This document shows positions 1 through 14,116 of a stretch of DNA of 26,006 nucleotides, piece after piece. Origin of the DNA: Catajapyx aquilonaris (lineage: Eukaryota). Below the pieces are notes generated by a model. It did no database searches. It worked only from the letters and a program-made list of their open reading frames with translations, and had not been told where the DNA came from. The stretch lies in the NCBI GenBank assembly GCA_000934665.2, contig KZ537999.1, positions 310,001 through 336,006 on the forward strand, given 5' to 3'. A program made the translations under genes and the position numbers. The first letter of the stretch is position 1. Each line of letters opens with the position of its first letter.

Positions 1-304
1 GAGAGAGTAAGTTCGAGCAAACATTGAACACTTGGTTATAAAACAGAGAAGTTATGATTTTTATTATGAACTATGAACATTTCTTTCCCACATGTGTTTA
101 TAATATTCATAAGAAAGCTATGTATTCTTCGTGGTTAGGATAATAAAAATGTTAAATATTTGCACTATTTATAGGTGAAACCACGGAAAACACTCATTGG
201 ATTTCTAATAAGACTGAAGAAGGATATTAGAAATGGGAGCAGCTCAGAGTAGGATAAAATCCGGAAAAGGTGGCCACAATATGAAAATATTACCTGAGGA
301 CAAG

Positions 305-515
305 AAAAATGAGGATTCAGGGGTTTTCCTAGACGGGGGATTCAAATCTGTCGTTTGAAATGCATAATTAAATATGGCGGATCCAATATGGCGGATGAAA
401 TAATAGAAAACTAATCACATTTGACTGAAAATGTTGAATTTAGGGGTTTTCTTAGACACGGAATTGAAATATGTTGTTTAAAATGTATAATTAAAGGTGA
501 CGAATCCAATATAGA
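305..515. repeat. Degenerate tandem duplication, about 123-bp period, about 2 copies, containing AATATGGCGG motifs
   Basis: 'aggggttttcctagacgggggattcaaatctgtcgtttgaaatgcataattaaatatggcggatccaatat' (from 319) recurs as 'aggggtttttcttagacacggaattgaaatatgttgtttaaaatgtataattaaaggtgacgaatccaatat' (from 442). Probably a transposon-derived repeat remnant. Confidence 0.6.
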
Positions 516-1517
516 ACACAGCTTAACGTGAAACTAATGAGACTAAAAGAAAAACTGCTATTTTGGGGTGCCCAAGAGTAGGGGTTCTTATTTTGAAAGA
601 TCCCCGGTTTCATCATATTCCGGTCTTGGTCAAACTTTCCCTAAGGATTGGGAGGCATTCCTCCGAACCGTTTAGCATTCTACATCAAATTAAAAATAAA
701 AGCAGGAAACAAGTTTGCGCTCTCACGTCGCCACATAATCGGAGCTCATGTCAGGATTAGTATCGTAATTGCTTACAACAATTACTGAACTTCCAGATAT
801 TTCTTATGCTCTGCGCTTGGAACATTGTTCATTGTGTTGAAGAGTTTCAACCTTGCAAACTATAGCCCTCTGGAAATGAAGCACAATTTCGTAAGCCTAT
901 CGGCGGGGTAAATTGAGAAATCGCGCAACAGCGTAATGTAATAGAAAAATATGATGTGGGGTGGGGGAGAAGGCAAATGCAGATTTAGCTCCCAAACGGA
1001 CACGTTCGAGCACCCACTTCCAACTAAAAAATATGAAGGTATAAAGAGAGGCCTTTCGCAATTGCAGTTGACCTGGAAATACCTGACGCCTCATATTTTC
1101 CTCGAAATTGATTTTTTTACATGACGCAATTGCCGACTCTGAAAGTCTGCCACTTCGAGTTAATTTTGACAAAACTCTGATCGTTTTACCCATTAATGTT
1201 TTTAAATGTAGCTCATACCCTTATACCTACTGGGTCCAATCTCTTTCCCTGCACTTTGGTGCACCTATACATAATGGGAAATGACATTTTCCAAACATCG
1301 TCACGAGCACATGACTTGTGTTTGCACTTAGCTTTTCCGCCCCATGGGTGCCATTTTTGCCAGGTTTATTATGGAGATACGACGTGGATTCGTGTAAACG
1401 TCATTTCTGTAGCAGGGAAATGTCAGGAATCAATCAAAGAATAAATTATGTTTTAAATCCCACCAACTGAAAAAATTGAATTTGGCCATGTTTTTCACGT
1501 TCTGTCCTACTGTGCAG

Positions 1518-2086
1518 CTGTGGGCATAGATTTGGGTACCACGTGTTCCTGCATCGCCGTGTGGAAGGATGGCAAGGTTGAGATACTTTTCAACGATAGT
1601 GGAAATCGAGTGACGCCAAGTTACGTCGCCTTTGATGGAACTGACAGGTACATAGGAGAGGCAGCCAAAAAACAGGTCAGTTATCTATAGAGAAAAATGT
1701 TTGCAATTATTTTTGAACCTATTTGAAATAGCTCAGTAAGTTATTCCAATCCATGAGATGATTGATAGTGATTACAGCCGTTTTCAAAATTGCAGATTGT
1801 GTTGTCACCTGAAAACACCGTGTTTGATGCCAAGCGCCTGATTGGTCGCAAATATGATGATCCACACGTTCAGAATGACTTGAATTCCTGGTCTTTTCAA
1901 GTAGTAAACGAGTCTGGGAAACCCCGTATTGTAGTGGAGTATCAAGGGGGAAAGAAGTACTTTAATCCCGAGCAGATTAGTTCCATGATTTTGGCTTATT
2001 TGAAAGCAGCAGCTGAGTCTGTCCTTGGGACGACGGTGACCGACGCGGTGGTGACAGTTCCGGCCTATTTCAACGACTCCCAAAGA

Positions 2087-2118
<32 letters not shown>

Positions 2119-3660
2119 TCTGAACGTCCTGCAAATTATCAACGAACCCACAGCAGCAGCCATTGCTTACGGATTGGAAAACAATTCGAAGGAAGAGAAA
2201 AACGTGTTGGTTTACGACCTCGGAGGAGGAACCTTTGACGTCACTGTGCTGACCATCAAAGGCCTGACCTTCACTGTCAGGTCGACAAGTGGCGACACCC
2301 ACTTGGGAGGCAGAGACTTTGACAACATAATGGTGGATATATGCGTCGATGCGTTGAAGAAGGAGCACAACAAAGACATCAGAGGGAACCACAGGGCCAT
2401 GCAAAAACTGCGAATCGCCTGCGAGGAGGCCAAGCAAGCTCTGTCTAGCATTGTTTACACAGACGTTGTAGTAGAAAACATTTTCGATGGAATAGATTTA
2501 AAGCACAAGGTGTATATCAAAGAATTTAGACTAATGGCCTTATTATTACCACATATAAGTTATTATTCCGACCATTAAAATATATCAATTTATTTCAGAT
2601 GTCTAGACTCAAATTCGAGTACCGCTGCCTACCGCTATTTGAAAAGACCTTGGAGATTGTGAAGAAAGCTCTTTCTGATGCCAAACTAGAAAAAGAGGAC
2701 ATCCATGACGTTGTTCTGGTTGGTGGTTCCACCCGCATCCCAAAAATACAGGCCATGGTTAAGGATTTCTTCAACAATAAAGAGCTCTGCAGGAATGTCC
2801 ATCCGGATGAAGCCGTTGCAGTTGGAGCTGCTGTTCAAGCAGCTGTCCTTCACGGTGACAACAAAGGTAACCTCATAAACGAAGTAGTGCTGGAGGACGT
2901 GCTTCCCATGTCTCTTGGAACCGAAGTGGACGGGCACATCATGAGAGTGATTTTACCAAAAAACAGCAAAATACCATGTTCAGAGTCCAGGCTATTTACA
3001 ACATTTCGTGATCAACAGGATAAGATCAACATTCGCGTAAGTATTGCTGCTGAAAATAAGGTTGTTAGAATAAAGCTGCTGAACATAACACTGTAGTTGC
3101 AGCCATGTAGAGGCTGTAGGTTGATGCAACATATCCATCATCCATTATTTCTGTAGGTCTTTGAAGGCGAGAATGAGGAGGCGATGGACAACAACCTGCT
3201 AGATTCATTTCATCTGACAGGCTTTCCTCTGCAGCCAAAAGGAGTTCCCAAGTTCAAAGTGACCTTTGAAGTGGACACAAATGGCATTCTGAGCGTCTCC
3301 GCAGTTGACACAGCGATGGGTATAAAGAAAAGCATAACGGTCAAGAATGCAAGAGGACGATTCAGTCAAGAAGAGATTGACAAGATGAAGGCTGAGGATG
3401 AAACACTCAATGAAGGGGCGAGAAAGGGTAAAGAGCGAGACACAGTCAAGTCAGAATTGGAATCCTACGTATATTTTGTGAAGCAGAAACTGGAGAGCAT
3501 GCCTGCTGGATCTGCTAGTTCAGAGGAACAAAAAAGTACTCTGCTGAAGAAGTGCCTTGATATCATTGAATGGCTGGATGAGGGTGAAGCTACTGGAAAA
3601 GGAAGATGCGAAGAAAAACTGCGCATGTTAAAACAGGAATGGGACCATTTTCCTCGATAA
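1518..3660 (+). CDS. Hsp70: Hsp70-family protein, unit 1 (type A); 5' end unresolved
   Basis: Exons 1518-1675, 1796-2509, 2599-3036, 3157-3660 with GT-AG phase-0 introns give about 604 aa. Motifs: [50 protein letters not shown]. No in-frame ATG precedes AVGIDLGT (in-frame TAA at 1454-1456), and the exon starts at a pyrimidine tract plus CAG (1515-1517). Ends EWDHFPR*. Confidence 0.85.
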
Positions 3661-4180
3661 CAATAAGCTAGTAGCGAAGGAGAAGTTACTGAAGAAAATT
3701 ATTATGCCGCAGTGCGAACATCATTATGGCTGGACAGTAAGAAAATATTATACGTGTACATTTTTGTGAAGTACCGGCATTTCAGCCTGTGATTTGCCAG
3801 ATAGTCCATTGATGCAATTCTTGAAGATTATCAGCCGTGAATATTCCAACATGCTTATTACTCCTGCATCAGTATGTTTGTTTATGAACACCTGAAATAC
3901 AGAATTATCACAGTTACATCGGAATAATTTCAAGGCCAGGTCTTGAAATGATTCCGATGTAGCTGTGATCAGGTCCTGAGCAATATTGAAGTAGGCAGAT
4001 TGCATTGTTCAGCATGGGAAACATATTTTGTATCCTAGACTGTAATAATTTTTTTAGGAAACCTCTAAAAGACATACCTCTGAAAGACTTGACAGAGTGC
4101 GTGTCAATTGTCATGTTGCACAATTCCTAGCAATGCAACTAAACTCTGCCTCTGGCCAATCTGCTTTTCAGGTTTTGATA

Positions 4181-5092
4181 GGAGTCATTCCATGTCAATA
4201 CAGACATGTTGGTGGCCAAGTTGGTGGCTCTCTCATCTCAGAATTTGATATAAATAATCGTGTGCGTACACACACATGAGCTGTTGCTAAAAGCGGATTT
4301 AGGGCCCCCCAGGTGAAAATCCCACGGAGATATGGCAACGTCTTTCGTCAACAATGGAGCAGGACTGACAATTTATTTCAGGAAGAGTTCTTGTGGTAGC
4401 CCCATGATCATATATATGAAAAGAACGGGAATGAAATGAGCAATATTGTGGTGGCACCAGTTTTAACCTAGAACGCAAAATAAAAATTCTAAAAAAGCGA
4501 ATTAGTGTGCAAAAATGGCACATTTCCGATGGTCCAATGTCACTGTTACACACATGCTAGGAGTGTTAAATTAATATGGCAGACACATTGTCATCTTTTC
4601 CGTACTACTGTAGAATGACAGCATTGCAGGCCAAGCAGTCTTGGAAATAATAAATCCTGAATTTCCATTTTTCTGGAAGTTGATCATCTTAGAGGTCATT
4701 TTTCTCAATATGGGACTGGACCGATTTTAAAGTTACATGTCTTTGAAGAAGCGTCTTTCCATTCTTGACCTAGAGATATAAGAACTATTCGGCCCTCCTG
4801 AGCTGTTCACCCGCAACACATTAAATAATTACAGCGCCAAATAACGTAGAGTAGGTTATAGGAGGATTTTTAAATGTTCTACTGGTGAACCGATCCGGGG
4901 GGCCGAATAGTTCTTATATCTCTAGGTGAAACATGGAAAGACGCTTCTTTAAAGACATGTAACTTTAAAATCAGTTAACCCCAATTCCGTTTTTAGCAAC
5001 GGCTCATGTGTGTGTACGCACATGATGTTTTATATCAAATTCAGAGATGGTCGAGCCACCAACTTATTGTCTGTATTGACATGGAATGACCC
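4181..5092. mobile_element. MITE-like non-autonomous DNA element with about 115-120 bp terminal inverted repeats and an internal inverted repeat
   Basis: About 4181-4304 (gtcattccatgtcaatacagaca...gtgcgtacacacacatgagctgttgctaaaa) is the imperfect reverse complement of about 4979-5092. A second inverted pair lies at about 4720-4811 / 4884-4975. No transposase-like ORF; TSD not clearly resolved. Confidence 0.75.
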
Positions 5093-5567
5093 ATCTGTTC
5101 AATCCATTATCCATATAACAGTAAAAATGGCCAGAAAATTTAAATGAAAATTTATAATTAAAACATTCCATCATTAGCTCTTGATTCCATGTAAATGTTA
5201 CAAAATCAAATTCATTTTATATTCCACTACCCTAATCCTTGTGCAACATCATCTAACCTGGGTTCATTATTATTCCTACTTCCGGAACGCGAAAGGATAA
5301 GAAGGAAGATAGCGTCATGATTAAAGTGTCATTTTGGTAAGCATCACCCTTGACATTAGGCGTCCTTTTATAGTCATTGGTTACTCACTTAATTCCACGG
5401 AAGTTAATTGCTTTTAGAGGACTACGTAAGCAGTAGTTATTAACCTCATTATTCAATACGCCTTACACACGCCCTGTAAGCTTTCATATACAGGGTGTCT
5501 CAACTTTTTTGTCCGAACAGTTATCAGAAAAGCATATACTATATATCTTCTAGCTATGAAGCCAGAA

Positions 5568-5604
5568 ACCGAAGCAGGTTGGTGTAGGGGTTAAGGAGCC
5601 TGAC
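5568..5604 (+). mobile_element. 5' head fragment of the same tRNA-derived SINE family as 14117-14347
   Basis: accgaagcaggttggtgtaggggttaaggagcctgac aligns without gaps to the SINE 5' end accgaagcaggttggcatagtggataaggcgtccgac (minus strand from about 14347). Confidence 0.6.
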
Positions 5605-6742
5605 CCCCCCTAAAGAGCCGCCAGCTGATAACGGGGGATGAATTATTATTATATATTTTTAGCTGTGTAGCCAGAATATGCCCCAACATTCCTGGCACAT
5701 CCCTCAACAGTTGAGGGCTGTATATGGTATCACTCAGATTATTATTTGTTCACTGACGACTTTTTCCGATAATGTGTTGGTGAAGTATTTAATATGTTAT
5801 CCAGTTCACAATGGGAGGTAAGTGATTTCGTGTTTTAAAATGGGAAAGAAATGTGATAAAAGAAAATACCATGACTGAGCCATAAAAATTAAAAGTACAA
5901 TCCATTAAGAATACTATTATTATTCCTGGTATAATTATTTCTTTCTGACTTGTCTGGAGCCTTTTTTGGACAAAATATCAAAATAATGTTATTGTATTAT
6001 CTATTTATTACATAAACTCCACAATCTTGACCCACGTCTTAATATTAACCAGATAAGATTGTTTGGAGAGGGATTCAAGTTCGTGCCAACCTTAATGCCA
6101 ACACTGCATGCGCCATGATACATATTATTTGCAGGTAAATATAAAACTGACAACCCACTGCAATTATTCAAGAACCTGAAGAACATCCGCAATTATATTA
6201 TTTAAAAACTGAGAAATACCGGTACTTTTAAGGTTAATTTCTCAATAGCCTATGTGACAGGTAAATTGATAGCTTGGTAGTGCTAATTGCATGTGTTTTT
6301 GTAAGTGTCCACTTCTATTTCTTGGTCAGTAGTAGGCCTACATGACACCATTTGCATAACGCCCATGACAATGCATGTTGTATGCTGTTCTTTACCTCTG
6401 ATGATCAAAATATATATTGTTTGGTATCATTGCATCATCCCGCTCTGTGATCATACACAACAGTAAGCATAGTTACTATTTGTAATAACTTAATTATTAT
6501 CTCGTGCGTCAGAGAAGCCGTCTACGTATTGTCAAGTGAGGAGTGATAAGTTACCATCATTTTAACACTGTATGATAGGCTGCTCGATCCGAGAAGATTT
6601 CTTTCTGTCTTCATTCCCTCAGCGTTATTCAGTGGGGTTTACGGTGTTGATCTGTAGTGTAACCAGTAACGCCTTCTCAACAAGGCCTTCGGGTCACTCC
6701 TCTTCAGTGTTTAATTTTCGCTCACTCATTTGAATTTCAGAA

Positions 6743-9053
6743 ATGGGTCTAGCGGTGGGAATAGATTTGGGCACCACGTGTTCGTGCATTGGTGTGTGGC
6801 AAAATGACATGGTCAAAATAATTTTCAACAAAGCCTCCGGAAAGATGGTGACACCAAGTTATGTAACTTTCAAGGGTTCTGAGATGCTGATAGGAGACGC
6901 CGCCAAAAAACAGGTCAGCCGTGGATCTTCCAAGAGGTTTCATTGTTGATTTATTTAAAAATATAATTATGTAATCACGCAAAGTTAAGGACAGATCACT
7001 GATTTTTCCATTCAAATCAAAAGTAGGTAGTACTGACAGAGTGCTGGCTATATTGTCTGGCACATAATGTAGAGTTAAGATATACATATTTTAAAACTTG
7101 TGTCCAATTTTTAGGCCACTCTTAATGTATAGCGCCAGTTATTCCAACAGTGTAATTAAATAGAAGATTACTACAGTTTGTCTAAATTGCAGATGGTGAT
7201 GCTGCCCGAAAAAACCGTGTTTGATGCCAAACGCCTGATTGGTCGCAAATTTGATGACCCCCTCATTCAGAAGGATATGAAATCCTGGTGTTTTCAAGTG
7301 GTGAACAAGTCTGGTAAACCCTGTATTGAAGTCGAGTATGAAGGTGAAAAGAGATACTTTAATCCTGAGCAGATAAGTGCAATGGTTCTGGCCAATTTGA
7401 AGAAGACAGCAGAAATACATTTGAGAACGGAGGTGACCGACGCAGTGGTGACGGTACCTGCTTACTTCAACGACGCCCAAAGACAGGCGACCAAAGACGC
7501 GGCACGCATCGCTGGTTTGAATGTTCTACGAATAATCAACGAACCGACAGCAGCAGCCATTGCCTACGGATTGGAGAACAATTCGAAGGAAGAGAAAAAC
7601 GTGCTGGTTTATGACCTCGGAGGAGGAACCTTCGACGTCACAGTGCTGACCATCAAAGGTCTGACATTCACTGTCAGATCGACCAATGGCGACACCCATC
7701 TGGGAGGGAGAGACTTTGACAACATAATGGTGGATTTCTACGTTGACATGTTGAAGAAGAAGCACAACAAGGACATCAGAGGGAACCACAGGGCCATGCA
7801 GAGACTGAGAGTGGCCTGCGAGGATGCCAAACAAGCTCTGTCCACCGCTGTTAACACAGATGTTGTATTAGATAACATTTGCAATGAAATAGATTTAAAC
7901 CATGAGGTGCATATCAAAGCTCATTTGAAGATTTGATGGCCATTCCGCCCATATAATATTATGCATTTATTCCAGATGTCGAGAGTTAGATTTGAGGACC
8001 GCTGCCTACATCTATTTAAAAAGACTTTGGAGATTGTGAAACAAGCTCTTTCTGATGCCAAAATAGACAAGAAGGACATCCACGACGTGGTTCTGGTTGG
8101 TGGTTCCACCCGCATACCAAGGATACAGGCCATGGTCGAGGAATTTTTCGATGGAAAACAGCTCTGCATGAACGTCAATCCGGATGAGGCCGTTGCCTTC
8201 GGCGCAGCCGTACAAGCCGCTGTCATTCGTGGTGACCACAAAGGTCACCTCATAAACGAGGTGGTGCTGGAGGACGCGATTCCCATGTCTCTTGGAACCG
8301 AAGTGGACGGGCACATCATGAGAGTGATTTTACCAAAAAACATGAAGATACCATGCTCGGAGTCAAGGCTATTTACGACGTGTCGGGACCAACAGGATAA
8401 TATCAACATTCGTGTAAGTACTTTCCGGAAAATTAATGTTGCTGACTAAAAATCTGTTGAACAAAACGTGCACACTACCTGTTGTTAGTCGCAGACAGCA
8501 TGAATAGCCTATACAGTTTGATGCAGTGAGTCCATTTCTTTAGGTCTTTGAAGGCGAGAGTAAGGAGACGAAAGACAACAATCTGCTCGATTCATTTGAC
8601 TTGACGGGCTTTCCTCTACAGCCAAAAGGAGTGTCCAAGTTCAAGGTGACATTTGAAGTGGACAAAAATGGAATTCTGAGCGTCTCCGCAGTTGACACAG
8701 CGATGGGTAAAAGAAAGAGCATAACGATCAAGAATGAAAGAGGACGATTCAGTCAAGGCGATATTGACAGGATGAAGTTGGAAAATGAAAGACAAGCTCA
8801 TGGGACTAGCAATAATAAAGAAAAAGACAACGCGAAATCGGAATTGGAAGATTACGTCAACTTTGTTCAGCATAAACTGGAGAGCATGCCCATTAGATCG
8901 GATGGTTCAGAAATACAAAAGAATCGTCTGGTTGCGGAATGCTTTGTTCTCACTCAATTGCTAAAGAATGATGGAGGTGTGGACAAAAAAAGATGCGAAC
9001 AAGAATTACAGAGTTTGAAGGAGCTCTTTCAAAAATTTACTCTAGAAAAATAA
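6743..9053 (+). CDS. Hsp70: Hsp70-family protein, unit 2 (type A), about 610 aa
   Basis: Exons 6743-6913, 7193-7906, 7976-8413, 8544-9053; all GT-AG, phase 0, uninterrupted frame. All three Hsp70 signature regions are present. Ends KFTLEK*, no EEVD. Confidence 0.92.
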
Positions 9054-11504
9054 GTACAGCAGGTTGTCATAACGATTAAATCTATGCAGCAGTGAAATTT
9101 TACTTGTACTGAGCCACAAGGAAATTTCCAATCAAACTATTGAATGTAAACTTCTTAAATGAAAATTACGATTTCACTTTCTACTCACCCAATCCTGATG
9201 TATCGTTCGCCTGTGTGTAATAAGATTCCCACTCACCGAACTGGACATCACCAGAAGAAAATTGTGTACAACAACAGTTGAAAGATTTTGAATTATTCGT
9301 AAGAGGAATGGTCACTTTAAATTATTGTTGCTTATATGCAGACAATATCCCGATTAAAGTATCCTTTAGGTAAAATCATTTTGACAGTTACTTATAGTCG
9401 TCAGCGGTTATTTAGGTCGCTTCTTTTTATAGGCTATGAATAAAATAAATATCAGCTACATCAGCAACGCTATTTTCAATTCCGACCTCGAATAATAATA
9501 TTGTTAAATTATCACTTATCCTACATCATCGAAGGTGTAGGAAGAAAGCCAGTTTTTGCAAGCTAGACTCTGCTGCAATGATTATGAAGAAAATTCTGAT
9601 GTTGTCATATATGAAAGGTAGGAAAATTGTGTAACAGGCCCAATACAACTGAAACGAAGAGAACATCAAAAGTAACTGTTATGTGACTCAAAATATCAAA
9701 TAATTTTCCCGCATGTTTGTTCGCAAGAAGAGTACAAAATGTCCCCGAGGAGTATTAATTTCTCGTGATTCAAGGATCATTATATTCCTATATCTTAATT
9801 AATCTGTTTGTTTTAAACTAAGAACTGCTTTTTCGAACAAATAGGATTTAGAAGCCAGCAGGTAATCACCAGCAGGTATATAGGACAAGCAAAGAACTAA
9901 ATTCGTCATATGTCGCTATTTTCCATTATTTTAAAAATCATACCTTGGAAATCTGATTGGTTCTATATGTACCAACAACTAACTTTAACTCTAATCTATT
10001 TAATGTATTCACTTAATTTTAGCGGGTAGTCTAGTTCGAGAATTGCGCGCTTTTAGGAGGAAGTGAGAAACAGTTTGCTTAATAAAGAACGCTATTGATA
10101 AGTTTCATACAATTACAGTATTATCACCAATAGACTCTTCAAAAATGCCAGTCCAGTCATACTTTCGAAGGGAAATTCCCCCCTTTCAATTTATACTACA
10201 GTATATTCAATGGAACGTGTCATGTACACACACCATGTAACTGATCACTATCTAACAAACCCGAAGCTGCTTCGTAAAATTATTGTATCATGTCGGTCAT
10301 AAATAGGAGGAAATTACTTATAATAAATTATTAATATTTTGTCACAAAAATAATTACCGCCTTAATAAAGATTTGTTTTGTGAAAATAACCCTAAGGCTA
10401 TGCGTCATACGAAACGGATTGCCAGAGAAAGCCTTGGATGCAGTGATATCATAATCTCACGCAGTCAAAGCTCTTCCCAGAAGACAGTGATATGCACTAT
10501 CTGGTGTTTAACTGTGTCCTCTGGACATTCGAACTCGGATAAATGCTTTTCTCATTGATGGAATCCTCTGATAACTGCTAGAGCTAAGTGTTTGCTCTCT
10601 CCCAATTTATTTCGCCATGCTATAAAAATAACACCATTATAATATCTCTCTGTTCAGACTGGAGTGGGGCTTCTCTTAATATTTATACAGTAGAAGAGTG
10701 CATAACCATTGCTTCATATGACTGTTCCAGAACCTGTCCAGAACTTGGTGATGCAAAAGACACGGATACTTTTGGAGATAAATAAGGTCGTTAAATTATT
10801 GATGAATAGTCTCATTATGTAAGGAATGTACCACGTATACAGTTATGTGTTCTCCTATCGTTTTTTTGAAGGGAAGGTACGATATTGAAATGTGCAAAAC
10901 TTGTTGGGATTGTTTTCCATCTTGGCTGATTTGAATATTTCATACTTTTTCCAATAATAATTTAGTGACAAAAATTTATTCACTCTGCACGCTCATGTAA
11001 ATCATAACCTGCTGACAGGGTTATCCCATTCCAGATAGGCTGTGGACCAATCAGAGGCAAATGGTAGTGTGCTAATCAGATATCTGCGGTTGCTTGGCAG
11101 CATATCTCTTCTACCTTCTGCCTTTTGAAGGAATGGAACGCTCCAAGGGCGATCTTATCGGAAGGAAAATCAATTTTTTGAAGGGGAAGGTTTCCCCCTG
11201 TCTGCACTGCCTATACACTTCAATATTTCCAGTATAATAATTGCCCAGAATAATTTTACCCTAACAGCTGGATATTGCAGCTATATTGGAATTATTATTC
11301 TGATCAGTTCACGCATTAACCACTTTGGACATACCAGGTAAGAATATCCGGGCATGCCACCATTTTCACCTCCAATTCGAGCTGTTATGTCTATGATAAT
11401 AACTGCCGATTAAGTATTTAAATATGCGTTATAGCAAGTATTTTGATGCAGAAAAATTTACATGTACACATATAACGTCAGCGTTTTCCCCAGGCGAAAT
11501 AAGA

Positions 11505-13595
11505 ATGTCGAAGAAGGCTCCAGCTATTGGAATAGACTTGGGAACTACCTTTTCCTGTGTGGCTGTCTGGCAGCATGGAAAGGTCGAGATCATCCCGAAT
11601 GACCAGGGAAAGTTGGTGACACCGAGTTATGTCGCATTCACAGACACAGAAAGACTGATCGGAGACGCAGCCAAGGCTCAGGTGAGCACGAATAATGCAT
11701 ATCAAGGCCTCAATTACACTGATGTTCAAACTCATCCTGCATGATGGTAAGGTCACTTCGCTAAAATAATGATACGTCATGCCCGGTTTCAGGTGTCAGT
11801 GAACCCGGAGAACACCATATTTGATGCAAAGCGCCTCATAGGTCGTACATTCGACGACCCCATAGTCCAAGACGACATTAACTTTTGGAACTTTAAGGTG
11901 ATAGACGAGGAGAATAAGCCGCTTCTCGAAGTTGAGCATAAGGGGAAGAAACATGCGTATCATCCCGAAGAAATCAGCGCCATGGTATTGGGCAATTTGA
12001 AAGAATCGGCTGAGAAGTACCTGGGCATGGAAGTGACCGACGCAGTGGTGACTGTACCTGCTTACTTCAACGATGCCCAACGCCAGTCCACAAAGGACGC
12101 TGGACAGATCGCTGGTCTGAACGTCCTCCGAATAATAAACGAGCCAACAGCAGCAGCCTTGGCCTACGGATTGGACAAGAAACTGAAGGAAGCCAACAAT
12201 GTACTGGTGTATGACCTCGGAGGAGGAACATTCGACGTCTCAGTGCTCACCATCAAAGGTGCCCACCTGCAGGTGCTGTCCACAGGTGGAAACACACATC
12301 TTGGTGGGGAGGACTTTGACAACTGCCTCTTGGACTACTTTGTCGAAAAGTTCAAGGATGCTCACGGAGTGGACCTTACTGAACACCCAAAGTCACTGAG
12401 ACGTCTCCGTACAGCATGCGAGGAGGCCAAGAGGAACTTATCTGGTGTGACTGAGACAACAGTGAGAGTGGACAACATCTGCGATGACATCGACTTTGAG
12501 GAGAAGGTTTGTAACAATGCTTGGCTACTTTCATATTTTGTACAAAACAGCCATTTTTATGGCCATTTGGCTTCCTATAGATCAGCCAAGCCAAATTTGA
12601 GGACCTGTGCAAAGACCTCTTCCGAAAGACGCTGGACACTGTCGCATCTGCCTTGAAGGACGCCAAGCTGGAGAAGACGAAGATAGACGACGTGGTTTTG
12701 GTCGGAGGATCGACCCGGATTCCAAAGATACGTCAGATGGTGACTGATTTCTTCGGAGGAAAAGAGCCTTGCAAGAGCATACATCCGGATGAAGCCGTGG
12801 CCTTTGGAGCTGCCATAGAAGCAGCAGCAATTACAAGAAGCCACGATGAAGACCCATCTTCGGATCATGATGGACAGCAGGATGACTTCATCCGAGACGT
12901 GGTGCTGGTGGACGTGACCCCTTTGTCTCTTGGGGTGGAAGTTGAAGGAGGAATTATGGCCGTAGTGGTTACCAGAAACACTGAATTACCTTGCGAAGTG
13001 TCAAAGGTTTTCACTACATCTCGGAACAATCAGAAGATTGTGCAATTTCAAGTACGTCATGTACCAAAGCAACAATATCCCGTTCCCTTCATGTTGACTT
13101 ATGATTTCTCCTTCAAAGGTGTTGGAGGGAGAGCGGGCCATGACAAAAGGCAACAACCTGCTGGACTCCTTCACACTGACGGACATTCCTCCTGCACCTC
13201 GAGGCACGCCTAAATTTAGGGTCACATTTGAGATCGACGCAGACGGGATCCTGAAAGTCACGGCAGTTGACACAGGAACCGGTAAAACCAACAACGTGAC
13301 CGTCAGCAACGAAAAGGGCCGACTCAGCCAGGCAGAGATCAATAAGATGCTCCAAGAAGCAGAAAAATTCAGAGAGGAAGACAAGAAGAACAAGGAGCGC
13401 ATCACATCGAGGATGGCCTTGGAACGGTACGTCTACAGCCTGAAGGAGAGGATGATGGATTTGCCCGCGGCTCAGGACCTTCTGGAGAAATGCGAGGAGG
13501 TGCTGGAATGGCTGGAATCCAACCAGGACGTGGAAAAGGAAGAATTCGAGAGTGAAAAGAGGAAGCTGCAGCAACTGTACCTGAAGATCAAATAA
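11505..13595 (+). CDS. Hsp70: Hsp70-family protein, unit 3 (type B), about 612 aa
   Basis: Exons 11505-11681, 11793-12506, 12581-13051, 13119-13595. Motifs [43 protein letters not shown]. Ends LYLKIK*. Confidence 0.93.
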
Positions 13596-13669
13596 TAAAC
13601 TCTAGTCGGAGACAATATTCACTTGTAAGGTCTTCTAAAGCAACCGCTTTGTTATTGTAATGAAGTATC

Positions 13670-13675
13670 AATAAA
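13670..13675 (+). promoter_or_regulatory. Putative polyadenylation signal of unit 3
   Basis: AATAAA about 75 nt after the stop codon; other AATAAA hexamers occur nearby in AT-rich DNA. Confidence 0.4.
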
Positions 13676-14116
13676 CTGCCCAAATCTGCAAACAATATTC
13701 TCATCATATTGGACCTACTTTTGGACACATGAACAGGTACGGGAATAATAAATTAAAGCAGTACCTTATAATATCACCCATGGAGAATTAAAATAACACG
13801 CGTAACAGCAGTTTCTATTTTTAAACGTTGAAAATATCTGTGGAAAATAAAGTAAATTCGGAAGAAAATATTTTTGGTGATTCTTGAAATTAAATATGTC
13901 TTTACCTTTATTTTCACCATTGAGGCTTCATATTATAATCAGCTGTACTGATAAGCCAATTGCATATTTTGCCAGCAGGGAGTCGGAACATTACTATGCC
14001 CTTACATAATCTCCAGAAATCCGTAGACACAATACTGTATCTGAATTAGGCAATTTTAATTAATAATTCAGGCTAATAATGTCAGCCAATACCTTTAATA
14101 GCCCCCCTGAAAGTAT

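Noticed and set aside
876..896. Mini-exon ATG AAG CAC AAT TTC|GTAAGC as the missing first exon of unit 1
   Set aside because: Its phase-0 donor is incompatible with the phase-1 acceptor at 1517/1518.
5487..5724. Tc1/mariner-like MITE ends (tatacagggtgtctcaact ... agttgagggctgtata)
   Set aside because: The inverted match is short and gapped, which is insufficient to call an element.
10720..10745. Possible heat-shock element (ttccagaac...tccagaac) upstream of unit 3
   Set aside because: Only two properly alternating nGAAn units. I saw no convincing three-unit HSE near any start, though this was a visual scan only.
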